Below, piece after piece: positions 1 to 8,923 of a stretch of 37,167 nt of DNA (positions within the stretch are counted from its first letter, which is position 1; every line of letters begins with the position of its first letter). This DNA comes from a bacterium. Lineage in GTDB: Bacteria; Babelota; Babeliae; Babelales; JABDEC01. The notes under the pieces are model-generated. The model worked only from the letters and a program-made list of their open reading frames with translations, made no database searches and had not been told where the DNA came from. A program made the position numbers and the translations under genes. The stretch covers positions 1-37,167 of the forward strand of contig CANKEI010000003.1 in NCBI GenBank assembly GCA_947481115.1. Reading direction: 5' to 3'.

Positions 1-297
1 GAAGAATATCTGGGCTTAGAAGTTGAAGCTGTGCATAAAATGTTGATACAAGCTATGAAGCTCGAGCCTGATAATATTTGGTATAAATCAGCTGATTATT
101 TATATGTAAATCGCAGAATTTTAAATCAAAGTCCTGCTGCTCTGGAATATGCTGAACAAGCCTTAAGTCATAATTCAGAATTAGATAGTAAGTTAAATTG
201 GCATTGTGCATTTAATAAATATTTGAGTGAAGAAATTATTAAATGGGCCCAAGATGTCGTGGCTTGGAATTCTAAAGCGCAGCAATGGCAGGCTTAA
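1..297 (+). CDS. 3' part of a hypothetical protein (starts before the window)
   Basis: Frame +1 is open from base 1 (EEYLGLEVEAV...) to TAA at 295-297. No recognisable motif. Confidence 0.6.
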   Translation, partial: EEYLGLEVEAVHKMLIQAMKLEPDNIWYKSADYLYVNRRILNQSPAALEYAEQALSHNSELDSKLNWHCAFNKYLSEEIIKWAQDVVAWNSKAQQWQA

Positions 298-344
298 TCG
301 AGAAATTTTCAAGACTTCGATTCATATCTTATCAGAGCTAATAT

Positions 345-500
345 TAGACTTCTTCCGTAATTCACAGTTTTTCTCGCAACATCCCCCCTCGACTGACGCT
401 CGGGGTGAGCGGGGTTCGGGACGACCGTGTCCGGCATAGCCTCTGGCGACGCCTGGAGCGGGCGAAAGTAAGTTTACAAGATAGTTACGGAAGAGCTCTA
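345..500 (+). mobile_element. MITE-like composite palindromic element, full-length copy (156 bp)
   Basis: 16-bp terminal inverted repeats TAGACTTCTTCCGTAA ... TTACGGAAGAGCTCTA (14/16 match) with TA at both ends. Contains the TCGA/CTC core hairpin and the TGTCCGGCATAGCCTCTGGCGACGCCTG module. Near-identical inverted copy at 22716-22874. Confidence 0.85.
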
Positions 501-711
501 ATAAACAATGGGATCAGGCCATTACTACCTAGAGTATTGGTTAGGGTGATTTTAAAATAAGCTAGGCGCTTTTTAGCACTAAAATTTGACAAATATGTGT
601 TGCAGATTAACTTTTCTATATAGCATGTGCTTGATGGCAAAAAACTTTTTCCCTCTACATATAGGCTAGTACAGACGATTAACAAATTTCGCGCGTGAGT
701 CGAAGACAACT

Positions 712-2832
712 ATGGATACCTCAGGTTTCAAAATAAAGTCCCCAATTATCATATTTTTATTGTTATGTGGCGGGTTAAATACTGCTGATAACTTATACGC
801 TAAGCCGGATCAGGTTGGGACTAATAATAGTGGCAATGGTGTGATTAACACTAATGCTAGCGATATTAGCTTAGTTGGTAGTAATACTGGAATAGTAACT
901 AGTAAAGTAAAATTAGATAATGTTGACGAACTAATTGCTGCCGAGAATCTCACTGAATCTGTGCATATCCAAGCCGCTAAAGCAACCGAAAAACAAAGAG
1001 AGATTTTTGGTTGCCGGTGGGACGATAATGAATTTGAAGTGGGTTTGAAAAATCGCGTAGAAATTTTTTACAGTAAAAACTGTGCGTTGTTTAGCGGTAG
1101 CCCATTAGATCAAGTATTATGGGCCCAAGGGATTTGGGATTTAAAAGCTAAAGCTAAAATTGGCAAAACCTTAGAATCTTATTTAGTGTTGCGTAATAAG
1201 AGTCGCTGGGGTAGTCCAGACTCGATTGCTACCACTTCCACTACGCCAATTAAGTTGGCAGATGCAACATTTGGTGATCATGGCCATTATATTAGTAAAC
1301 AGATCTTCTGGTTACGTGAAGGTTGGGTCGATATTAATTTAAATAATACTATTGGGGTGAACACTGATGGTATACAGCATTTTAAAGCTGGTTTATTCCC
1401 ATTTGAATTAGGGCGCGGTATTGCGCTTGGTTCGGCTTATGCTTCATCTGCAGGTTTACTTGGTTTCTATGCTGATAGTACCGTTGATCAAAATGCGCCA
1501 GGGTTTTTATTATATGGTGATTTAGCTAAAGACAAAGTTTTCTATGATATGTACCTCGGAATTTTACGCAATTGGACTGATAACTTTGGACGTATAAACG
1601 AAAAACTTTATACTAACGAGTTAAATCCAGAATGGAATGGTTCGCGCGGATTTGGGCATGTAAATTTTGTTTATGCGATGCGAGTAAAATGGTACCCGAT
1701 GAGTGTTAAGCAGGGCGATCATAGTACATTGGTAATCGAACCATATTTCTTATTTAATCGTAATCCCGAAGTATCGATTGAATTTCCAGCAGACAGTGCC
1801 AGCAATTTAATTACCCCGGGCTTGATGGTTGACTATGAAGGTGAAAAATTCCAATGGGGTTGTGAGTTTGCTGCCAACTTTGGTCATCAGACTGTGCATG
1901 GTTGGGACAGTAACCAAATAGAGATAAAAGCAGATAGTAATGGAAATTTAGTGGAACAATACACTAAAGTTTATAGCAACAGTAATTTAACTACCAATGC
2001 ATTAGTTAGTAGCACCAATAAAGCGATTGTGAAAAAATATGCTGGTAATGATCCAGATTTAAATGGTCAACAGATCAATAATACTGGGTTATATAATGGC
2101 GCAACTAGATTTAATCCAAAATACCATAATATTTATAAAGGTTTTATGTTGGTAGCTGATCTAAGTTGGCTAATTACCAAGGCGTTAAAACTTTCTGGAA
2201 CTGTCGGCTGGGCCACCGGCGATGAAAATCCGAATCGTGATTTAACAGGTCTTGGCGATAGCAATGTTGATGGCGACTATCAGGGCTTTATTGGTTTACA
2301 AGAAGTTTATTCTGGTAAACGTGTAATTTCACTATTTGTAATTGGGCCAAACTCAATTGCTCGACCATTATCATCTGTTTCTGATCCAAGTGTCACTGGT
2401 GTTTATCCATCTAAAGTAACTGGCTTTAATAATATTTTATATTGTGGTGGCGCCTTAAATTTCGATCGAAAATTCTGCTCTAAAGCCGTGAATTGGAATT
2501 TGGGATTATTGAGTTATTGGCAAGATTATGCTACTAAGAAATTTAGTATTCCGTTAAAACATTCAATTGATGTGCCTGCTAGCAGGCATCTTGGTACAGA
2601 GTTTAACGCTACAATAACAATGCAATTTGTGAAAAACCTAAAAGGATTCTTGGTTGGTGGATTCTTTGTACCAGGTCAACATTTTAAAGATATTAGAGGT
2701 AAAGCGCTAAGCAAAGATGACTTAGCGGCATTGGAGCAATTAGATGATGACGGTTTTAGTATCTCAGGAACACCACTCTTGAATACTAAAACAGCATTTG
2801 TTTTAAACTGGGGTATCGAATATGCCTTCTAA
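712..2832 (+). CDS. Exported protein, probable outer-membrane beta-barrel (706 aa)
   Basis: N-terminal hydrophobic signal (IIIFLLLCGG), many amphipathic aromatic-rich strands, C-terminal WGIEYAF ending in Phe. Overlaps the aspS start by 11 nt. Confidence 0.7.
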   Translation: MDTSGFKIKSPIIIFLLLCGGLNTADNLYAKPDQVGTNNSGNGVINTNASDISLVGSNTGIVTSKVKLDNVDELIAAENLTESVHIQAAKATEKQREIFGCRWDDNEFEVGLKNRVEIFYSKNCALFSGSPLDQVLWAQGIWDLKAKAKIGKTLESYLVLRNKSRWGSPDSIATTSTTPIKLADATFGDHGHYISKQIFWLREGWVDINLNNTIGVNTDGIQHFKAGLFPFELGRGIALGSAYASSAGLLGFYADSTVDQNAPGFLLYGDLAKDKVFYDMYLGILRNWTDNFGRINEKLYTNELNPEWNGSRGFGHVNFVYAMRVKWYPMSVKQGDHSTLVIEPYFLFNRNPEVSIEFPADSASNLITPGLMVDYEGEKFQWGCEFAANFGHQTVHGWDSNQIEIKADSNGNLVEQYTKVYSNSNLTTNALVSSTNKAIVKKYAGNDPDLNGQQINNTGLYNGATRFNPKYHNIYKGFMLVADLSWLITKALKLSGTVGWATGDENPNRDLTGLGDSNVDGDYQGFIGLQEVYSGKRVISLFVIGPNSIARPLSSVSDPSVTGVYPSKVTGFNNILYCGGALNFDRKFCSKAVNWNLGLLSYWQDYATKKFSIPLKHSIDVPASRHLGTEFNATITMQFVKNLKGFLVGGFFVPGQHFKDIRGKALSKDDLAALEQLDDDGFSISGTPLLNTKTAFVLNWGIEYAF

Positions 2833-4594
2833 ACGAACAGTTGTTTGTGGAGCAATAAATAGTGCAGCATTGGGCCAGTCAGTCGTAGTAACTGGTTGGG
2901 TACATCGTCGTCGTGATCATGGCGGTTTAATCTTTATCGATTTGCGTGATCGCAGTGGGATTGTACAACTAGTGTTTAATCCTGACTTTGATCAGGTGGC
3001 GCATAAGTTGGCCCAAGATTTACGTTCTGAGTATGTAATCTTAGCCAAAGGTGTAGTAGCTGCTCGTTCAGCTGAAACCATTAACAAAAACATGGCTACG
3101 GGTGAGATCGAAATTCAGATTAAAGAACTAGAAGTATTAAATAAGTGTAAAAATCTACCGTTTGCTTTAGAAGATGCCCATAAAGTAGATGAAGAGTTAC
3201 GCTTAAAATATAGGTATTTAGATTTACGCAGACCAGAAGTTACGGAAAAATTTTTATTCCGCAATAAAGTAGTTTTTGCAATGCGTGAATATATGCATAA
3301 TAGTGGTTTTTGCGAAGTTGAAACACCTATATTAACTAAAAATACGCCTGAAGGCGCACGTGAATTTTTAGTACCATCGCGAGTACATTGGGGTAAGTTT
3401 TACGCCTTGCCGCAATCACCACAATTATATAAACAGTTGTTAATGGCTGGCGGCTTAGAGCGTTATTATCAAATTGCTCGCTGTTTTAGAGACGAAGATT
3501 TACGAGCTGATCGGCAACCAGAATTTACCCAACTTGATATCGAGATGTCGTTTATTGACGAAGAAGATATCATGAGCATTATCGAGGGTTTGGTAAAAGC
3601 CATCTTCGAAGCGGCATTTAAGCAAAAATTAAATTTGCCGTTCCCGCGCATGACTTACGACCAAGCGTTTTCGCAGTACGGCTCTGATAAGCCTGATTTA
3701 CGTTTTGATCTAAAAATTCATGAACTATCTAAGATCTTTGCTGAAACGGAAATTAAATTTTTACAGGCAGCACTAAGTTTACCAGAAGGTAAAATTGGCG
3801 CGCTTTGTGTGCCTGATTACCAATTTAGCCGATCTGAGCTAGATCAGTTAGTTAATCAAGCAATTGAAATGGGTGCTGGCGGTTTACTCTGGATTAGATT
3901 TGATGAAAATGGTTTACCAGAATCGCCCGTAGCTAAATTTTTACCAAATAATTTTTTAGCTCAGGTGCAAACTCTAGTCCCAGGTGCAACTAAAAGTTCG
4001 ACACTGTTTTTATTAGCAGGTGATTATCAAGATATGTGGACCTACTTAGGTCGTTTACGCAATATTCTAGGTAAAAAACTAAACTTAATTAACCCGGACG
4101 AGTTTAATTTTTCCTGGGTCACGCAATTTCCATTATTCGAGTTTGATCGTGATACTAAAACTTGGAACTCGGTGCATCATCCATTTACATCACCAGAATT
4201 GGGTTGGGAAACTAAAGAGCTTAAAGATATCAAGGCTCGCGCTTATGATTTAGTTTTAAATGGCGTAGAGCTAGGTGGTGGCTCAATTAGAATTTACGAC
4301 GCTGATATGCAAGCTCGCGTATTTGAATTACTGGGTGTTGATCCTGACACTATGCAACGTAAGTTTGGTTTCTTACTCGAAGCTTTACGCTTGGGGTTCC
4401 CACCATTAGGTGGCATAGCTCTAGGAATCGATCGCCTTATTATGTTGTTAACCAAATCACAGTCGATTCGTGATGTAATCGCTTTCCCAAAAACAGCGCG
4501 TGGGTACGACCCATTAATGGATTCACCAACCGAAGCTGACCCAGGTCGCTTAGATGAATGCGGGATTCGCATTATGGAACGTACTGAAGAGTAA
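2822..4594 (+). CDS. aspS: Aspartate--tRNA ligase (possibly non-discriminating Asp/Asn type)
   Basis: GWVHRRRDHGGLIFIDLRD OB-fold start, motif 2 RCFRDEDLRADRQPEFTQLD, NGVELGGGSIRI, motif 3 GGIALGIDR, VIAFPKT. Confidence 0.98.
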   Translation: MPSKRTVVCGAINSAALGQSVVVTGWVHRRRDHGGLIFIDLRDRSGIVQLVFNPDFDQVAHKLAQDLRSEYVILAKGVVAARSAETINKNMATGEIEIQIKELEVLNKCKNLPFALEDAHKVDEELRLKYRYLDLRRPEVTEKFLFRNKVVFAMREYMHNSGFCEVETPILTKNTPEGAREFLVPSRVHWGKFYALPQSPQLYKQLLMAGGLERYYQIARCFRDEDLRADRQPEFTQLDIEMSFIDEEDIMSIIEGLVKAIFEAAFKQKLNLPFPRMTYDQAFSQYGSDKPDLRFDLKIHELSKIFAETEIKFLQAALSLPEGKIGALCVPDYQFSRSELDQLVNQAIEMGAGGLLWIRFDENGLPESPVAKFLPNNFLAQVQTLVPGATKSSTLFLLAGDYQDMWTYLGRLRNILGKKLNLINPDEFNFSWVTQFPLFEFDRDTKTWNSVHHPFTSPELGWETKELKDIKARAYDLVLNGVELGGGSIRIYDADMQARVFELLGVDPDTMQRKFGFLLEALRLGFPPLGGIALGIDRLIMLLTKSQSIRDVIAFPKTARGYDPLMDSPTEADPGRLDECGIRIMERTEE

Positions 4595-4620
4595 GTAAAA
4601 GTATTGATTTAAAATTAATT

Positions 4621-4665
4621 CAGAGGCCCGTTGGAATAAAATTCCGATAGGTCTCTGGCTTTTAT
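4621..4665 (+). terminator. Probable intrinsic terminator after aspS
   Basis: CAGAGGCCCGTTGGAAT-AAA-ATTCCGATAGGTCTCTG stem-loop (G-U pairs, one mismatch) followed by GCTTTTAT. Confidence 0.6.
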
Positions 4666-4754
4666 AGCAGCTTTATTTAACTTTTTCAGACTTAAACTTT
4701 ATTTTCTCAGACTTAATATGTTTAGCTATAGGTTGTTTATCCGCAATATCTCTT

Positions 4755-4891
4755 CCCGCGTTGCTCTTTCAGCTATGCAGGACACGCGATCTACTTGGGC
4801 TATGCCCGGCAAAGCGTTAGCGAAGACGGGACGAGCGGTAGAAAGGTTTCAATAAATACCCACTCCGTTCATCCCGAGCGCAGTCGAGGGA
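4755..4891. repeat. Intergenic cluster of palindromic-element modules (inverted doublet)
   Basis: GCTATGCAGGACACG and GGCTATGCCCGG module variants, a GGGACGAGCGG tail at 4828-4838, and an inverted core CCGTTCATCCCGAGCGCAGTCGAGGGA at 4865-4891. Confidence 0.75.
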
Positions 4892-4931
4892 AGGGTATTA
4901 TGGGTAAGTTTTAAAATCTGAGAGTAGCTAA

Positions 4932-6278
4932 ATGAAAATTGTAAATTTAGTGGGACGAGAAGTTTTAGATGCTAATGGCTGGCCAACCATCGCTTGTGAC
5001 GTCACACTAGATGATGGCACAGTAATCAGTTCAGTAGCACCAACTAGTGTCTCTAAAGGGCCACATGAAGCTGTCGAACTACGTGATGGCGATGCTCGTT
5101 TATTAGGTTTAGGCGTGCAAAAATCTATCGATATTATTCATGATAAAATTTTTCCTATTGTGATGGGCTGTGCGCCAGATGGGGTGCATACTGACCTAAA
5201 ATTAATCGAACTAGATGGCACTAGTAATAAAGCCAATTTTGGTGCAAACACTATGTTAGCTGTTAGTCAGGCAATTTTTAGAGCGCAGGCTGTAGCTGAA
5301 AATATGCAATTATTTGAGCTGATTGCATTAGTTTGTGACCATGCTCAAGTGACTCTGCCTATTCCCATGATTACTTTAATCGAAAACAGCTCGCAAGTTT
5401 TTAACTCCCAAATTATAGGTCCAAGTTCTAAAACAGCTGCTTTAAATAAAGCTACACTATTTCGGGAATATTTAGCTATCCCGTATGGCGCTAAAAGTGC
5501 GCGCGTAGCACTAGAGCGCTCAGTGATGTTAGCACATAAACTCAAAGAAATTTTAATTAAAAATTATAATTTAAACTCAGCTGATATTAATGGTCCTAAT
5601 AATACTAATCTAAAATTTTCAGAATTTACCTTTGGTCCAGAAGGGGGTTTACAGGCAAATTTTGAGTCACCTACTGCGCCATTAGATTATATTATGTTAG
5701 CGCTAAAACAGTTTTCACTCGCAGATGATCCGCTATTCGTTTTAGGTTTAGATGTGAACGCTAGTGATTTTTATGACCGTAGCGCTAATTTATATCAGTT
5801 GAATGGGCATGATTATACTAACGATAAATTAATCGAGCTATATGCCAAAATTTGTCAAAATTACCCGATCTATGCGATCGAAGATGGCATGTCTATTAGC
5901 GATGCCACTGGTTGGCAATTATTAAACGTGGCACTTGGTCAACAAATTCATATTGTATCGGATGAATTGTTAGCGACTAATCCCGAACGAATCGCCTATG
6001 CTGCGGAACAACAGATGGTAGGAGCGGTGGTGATTAAGCCAGCCCAGATTGGGACCGTAACTGAGGCCATTCAGGCCATTAAGCTGTGCCAGGAATCCGA
6101 TCTAATGACGATTATAGCCCATTATGGTGGCGACTCTATGGATACGTTTATAGTTGACCTAGGGGTTGGGACTAATGCTACTCATCTTAAAATGGGTGGT
6201 CTACATGGTGGCAATCAAATTGCCAAGTATAATAGATTGTTGGAAATCGAAGATATTTTGATAAATTTACAGCTATAA
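4932..6278 (+). CDS. eno: Divergent enolase homologue (448 aa)
   Basis: GREVLDANGWPT, HEAVELRDGD, GANTMLAVS, AIEDG, IKPAQIGTVTE, AKYNRLLEIE. Several substrate-binding motifs are degenerate. Confidence 0.85.
   Translation: MKIVNLVGREVLDANGWPTIACDVTLDDGTVISSVAPTSVSKGPHEAVELRDGDARLLGLGVQKSIDIIHDKIFPIVMGCAPDGVHTDLKLIELDGTSNKANFGANTMLAVSQAIFRAQAVAENMQLFELIALVCDHAQVTLPIPMITLIENSSQVFNSQIIGPSSKTAALNKATLFREYLAIPYGAKSARVALERSVMLAHKLKEILIKNYNLNSADINGPNNTNLKFSEFTFGPEGGLQANFESPTAPLDYIMLALKQFSLADDPLFVLGLDVNASDFYDRSANLYQLNGHDYTNDKLIELYAKICQNYPIYAIEDGMSISDATGWQLLNVALGQQIHIVSDELLATNPERIAYAAEQQMVGAVVIKPAQIGTVTEAIQAIKLCQESDLMTIIAHYGGDSMDTFIVDLGVGTNATHLKMGGLHGGNQIAKYNRLLEIEDILINLQL
6215..6262 (+). repeat. Direct repeat A (3' end of the enolase-like gene)
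   Basis: 46/48 identical to 7160-7207, including a 38-bp exact match AAGTATAATAGATTGTTGGAAATCGAAGATATTTTGAT. Confidence 0.9.
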
Positions 6279-6348
6279 TATAATTATTATTAAGCTACAG
6301 AGTATTTTATATTTAGTTTTATAGTCAGTATACTAGCGAGTTAAGATT

Positions 6349-7140
6349 ATGACCAAGTCTATCGAAGTACATGAATATGCTGATTTTTTAAAAGAGCTTA
6401 AAAATCGTATTCAAATGGCTCAGTCTACGGCTTTGCGAGCCGTAAATAAAGAATTAATGATGTTATATTGGGATATTGGTCGACAGATAGTTGAGCAGCA
6501 AAGTATCGACCAATGGGGTGACTCTGTGATCGAGGGACTAGCGATAGATCTGCAAAAAGCTTTTCCTGGCATAAAAGGGTTTTCGGCTAGAAATTTATGG
6601 AATATGCGCGATTTATACCTGTCTTATTGCAAAAATCTAAAACTGCAGCCGCTGGTTGCAGAAATTAGCTGGACACATAATCTTTATATTTTAAACAAAT
6701 GTAAAGATGTGTTAGAGCGTGAATTCTATATTCGCATGGTTCGCAAGCACAAATGGAGTAAAACTGAGCTGGCTAACCGTATTGAAAATCAAACATATGA
6801 AAAAATTATGCTTGGGCAAACTAATTTTGATACAGCTTTGCCAGCAGAGATGCATAACAAAGCACAGTTAATCGTTAAAGATGAGTATACTTTTGATTTT
6901 TTAGAATTAGATGATGATTTTAGTGAGCGGCAACTTGAAAACGGCTTAATAGCCAAGATCAGTGACTTTTTAGATGAGATGGGTGGCATTTTTGCTTATT
7001 TAGGTCGACAATTTAGATTAGAAGTGGATGGTAAAGAGTATTTTATTGATATTTTACTTTACCATCGCCATTTGCGCTGCTTGATTGCTGTTGAGCTTAA
7101 AATTGGTGAATTTATCAGTACTATCAATATGGCTTTCTAG
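6349..7140 (+). pseudogene. YhcG/DUF1016 PD-(D/E)XK nuclease family gene, 3'-truncated
   Basis: VNKELMMLYWDIGRQI, GFSARNLWNMR, EISWTHN, KDEYTFDFL, YFIDILLYHRHLRCLIAVELKIGEF. The family normally continues past ELKxGEF. Here it ends abruptly in STINMAF, which is encoded by repeat B'. Confidence 0.85.
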
Positions 7141-7154
7141 ACTCTATAGGTTTG
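7118..7154 (+). repeat. Direct repeat B' (copy of the 3' end of gene 8153-8923)
   Basis: 34/37 identical to 8901-8937, with a 24-bp exact match GTACTATCAATATGGCTTTCTAGA. Confidence 0.9.
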
Positions 7155-7159
7155 GGGTT

Positions 7160-7207
7160 TCAGATTGCTAAGTATAATAGATTGTTGGAAATCGAAGATA
7201 TTTTGAT
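7160..7207 (+). repeat. Direct repeat A' (copy of the enolase-like gene 3' end)
   Basis: 46/48 identical to 6215-6262. Confidence 0.9.
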
Positions 7208-7267
7208 TTAATTTATTTTAATGTTAATGTCATAATATGTTTAAATTAGCATAATTTATGAGATATT

Positions 7268-7629
7268 GTGACGCTAAAAGAAATAATTTGGATTAGTTCT
7301 AGCAAAAAAGATTTATTAAGTTTGCCAGAAAATGTGATGGATTTTATGGGTTACGGATTGTTTTTAGCTCAAAAAGGGCAACAGCATGGTGCAGCCAAAG
7401 TCTTAAAGGGTTTTGGTAGCGCGGGGTTATTGAAATTATTGATTCAGATGCATCTGGAACATATCGGGTTGTTTATACGGTTCAAATGACAGAAGTGATA
7501 TTTGTCTTACATTCATTTCAGAAGAAATCTAAGCAGGGGATTAAGACGCCACAAAAAGACATAGATTTAATTCATAGTCGCTTAAAATTAGCAATAGAGA
7601 TATATAAAGTGCGATTCAAGAAAAAGTGA
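7268..7629 (+). pseudogene. RelE/HigB-like (Gp49/DUF891-type) toxin, frameshifted
   Basis: IIWISSSKKDL...GYGLFLAQKG...AKVLKGFGSAG continues in another frame as VIEIIDSDASGTYRVVYTV...FVLHSFQKKSKQGIKTP to TGA at 7627-7629. One base is missing at the G4 run 7423-7426. Confidence 0.88.
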
Positions 7630-7635
7630 AAAATT

Positions 7636-8049
7636 ATGAAAGATAAAAATTATTCGATTAGTTCAGGCAATATTTTTGCTGATTTAGGACTCTCTAACCC
7701 TGAAGAGCGGCTAGCTAAAGCCGAGTTAGCATATCAAATTAATTATCTCATTAAGCAACGGAAGCTAACACAAATAGCAGCAGCTAAACTGCTTGGAGTA
7801 GATCAACCAAAAATATCGGCACTCAATAGCGGAAAATTAACTGGATTTTCCTTAGAGCGACTATTCTCTTTTTTAAATATTTTGGGACAAACTGTTACTA
7901 TCAAAATTGCTAAAACAAAGACTAAAAGTAAACCTGGAATTTGTGTAAGTCTGCCTAAGCAAACATTGTTGTTGTCAGTAGTTAAACCTAAAAAAATAGT
8001 TAAAAGTATCTCGGCTGGCGCAAAGATTAAGTCTAAAATTAGAAAATAG
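7636..8049 (+). CDS. HigA-like XRE/HTH antitoxin (137 aa)
   Basis: SSGNIFADLG, AKAEL, LTQIAAAKLLGVDQPKISAL, GFSLERL. Lies directly downstream of the toxin gene. Confidence 0.88.
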   Translation: MKDKNYSISSGNIFADLGLSNPEERLAKAELAYQINYLIKQRKLTQIAAAKLLGVDQPKISALNSGKLTGFSLERLFSFLNILGQTVTIKIAKTKTKSKPGICVSLPKQTLLLSVVKPKKIVKSISAGAKIKSKIRK

Positions 8050-8128
8050 AGCTCTTACGTAACTATCTTGAAATAAAATTTTTTCCTGCTCCAGGCGTCG
8101 CCAGAGGCTATGCCGGACACGGTCGTCC
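8047..8128 (-). mobile_element. Half copy of the MITE-like element
   Basis: TAGAGCTCTTACGTAACTATCTTGAAATAAAATTTTTTCCTGCTCCAGGCGTCGCCAGAGGCTATGCCGGACACGGTCGTCC matches the start of the 22716 copy, then the match stops. Its TAG is the antitoxin stop codon. Confidence 0.85.
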
Positions 8129-8152
8129 AGACGTGTAGCCCGGAGAAGTTTT

Positions 8153-8923
8153 GTGGATCGACACATTGTGCGTGAGAGTTTGAATGTTGATGTTTTTGAT
8201 AAACATAAGACATCTGGTTTAATGTTAAATTTAAATTACACACCTGCCAAATCTTGGTGGAGCGAAATTTCAACTGGCCTAGAGCATGAAAATTTAACTA
8301 CTACGGGTACTTTTGTAGCTAAGGCGTCGGCTACTGGCCTGGATGATATTATTATGCAGGCTGGGCACGATGTGTTTTTGTCTAATCGTACCCAATTTGT
8401 GCTTTATGCTTGTGGTGGCTTGCCAACTAAGCGCAAAGTCATTGAGGCTGAAAAATTTGATACATTAGTTGGCACTAGGTTTTTTAGTGCTGGGGCTGGA
8501 ACGGAATTATCGCATGATTTTATTGGTGCACCAGAAGAATCGTTGATCGGGATCTTTCAAGGACGGTTGATCCATTTTTTTAGCCGTGAATGGTGTCCTA
8601 TTCTGCCAGCAGGGGCAGATATACAGCCAGGTAATATGACAGATTTTTTACTATCTTTGCTATACCACAAATCACAAAACACTTATGAAAGTGGGTATAA
8701 TTTAACTATTTTTTCTAACCAAGCAATATGTTTGCGTCCTGGTTATATTGCTGGAGATGATATTTTTCGCAATAGTATTTTTTTTCACTTTAATCATAGC
8801 TGTAGCCATTTTCCTGCTACGGAGCATCCGGTAGTGGTTGGGTTCGGGATTGGTGGCAGTTGGGCCAAAACTGATCGTATTCGGATTTTTTCGGTTCGTG
8901 GTACTATCAATATGGCTTTCTAG
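8153..8923 (+). CDS. Hypothetical beta-strand-rich protein, probably 5'-truncated
   Basis: 256-aa ORF with amphipathic strands and a terminal Phe, but no signal peptide or clear RBS. Upstream, the frame runs into the half MITE and is closed by TGA at 8069-8071. Confidence 0.55.
   Translation: MDRHIVRESLNVDVFDKHKTSGLMLNLNYTPAKSWWSEISTGLEHENLTTTGTFVAKASATGLDDIIMQAGHDVFLSNRTQFVLYACGGLPTKRKVIEAEKFDTLVGTRFFSAGAGTELSHDFIGAPEESLIGIFQGRLIHFFSREWCPILPAGADIQPGNMTDFLLSLLYHKSQNTYESGYNLTIFSNQAICLRPGYIAGDDIFRNSIFFHFNHSCSHFPATEHPVVVGFGIGGSWAKTDRIRIFSVRGTINMAF

Noticed and set aside
227-439. 70-aa ORF, and similar ORFs at 11886-12101, 22706-22909, 7975-8166 and 8055-8273
   Set aside because: They are translations of the repeat element (LDFFRNSQ, PPRLTLGVSG, APGVARGYAGH) and have no independent coding evidence.
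485-709. 74-aa minus-strand ORF
   Set aside because: It spans the likely promoter region of the 712 gene and has no motif or RBS.
7230-7261. Imperfect inverted repeat upstream of the toxin gene (possible TA operator)
   Set aside because: Plausible by position, but AT-rich and too imperfect to distinguish from chance.
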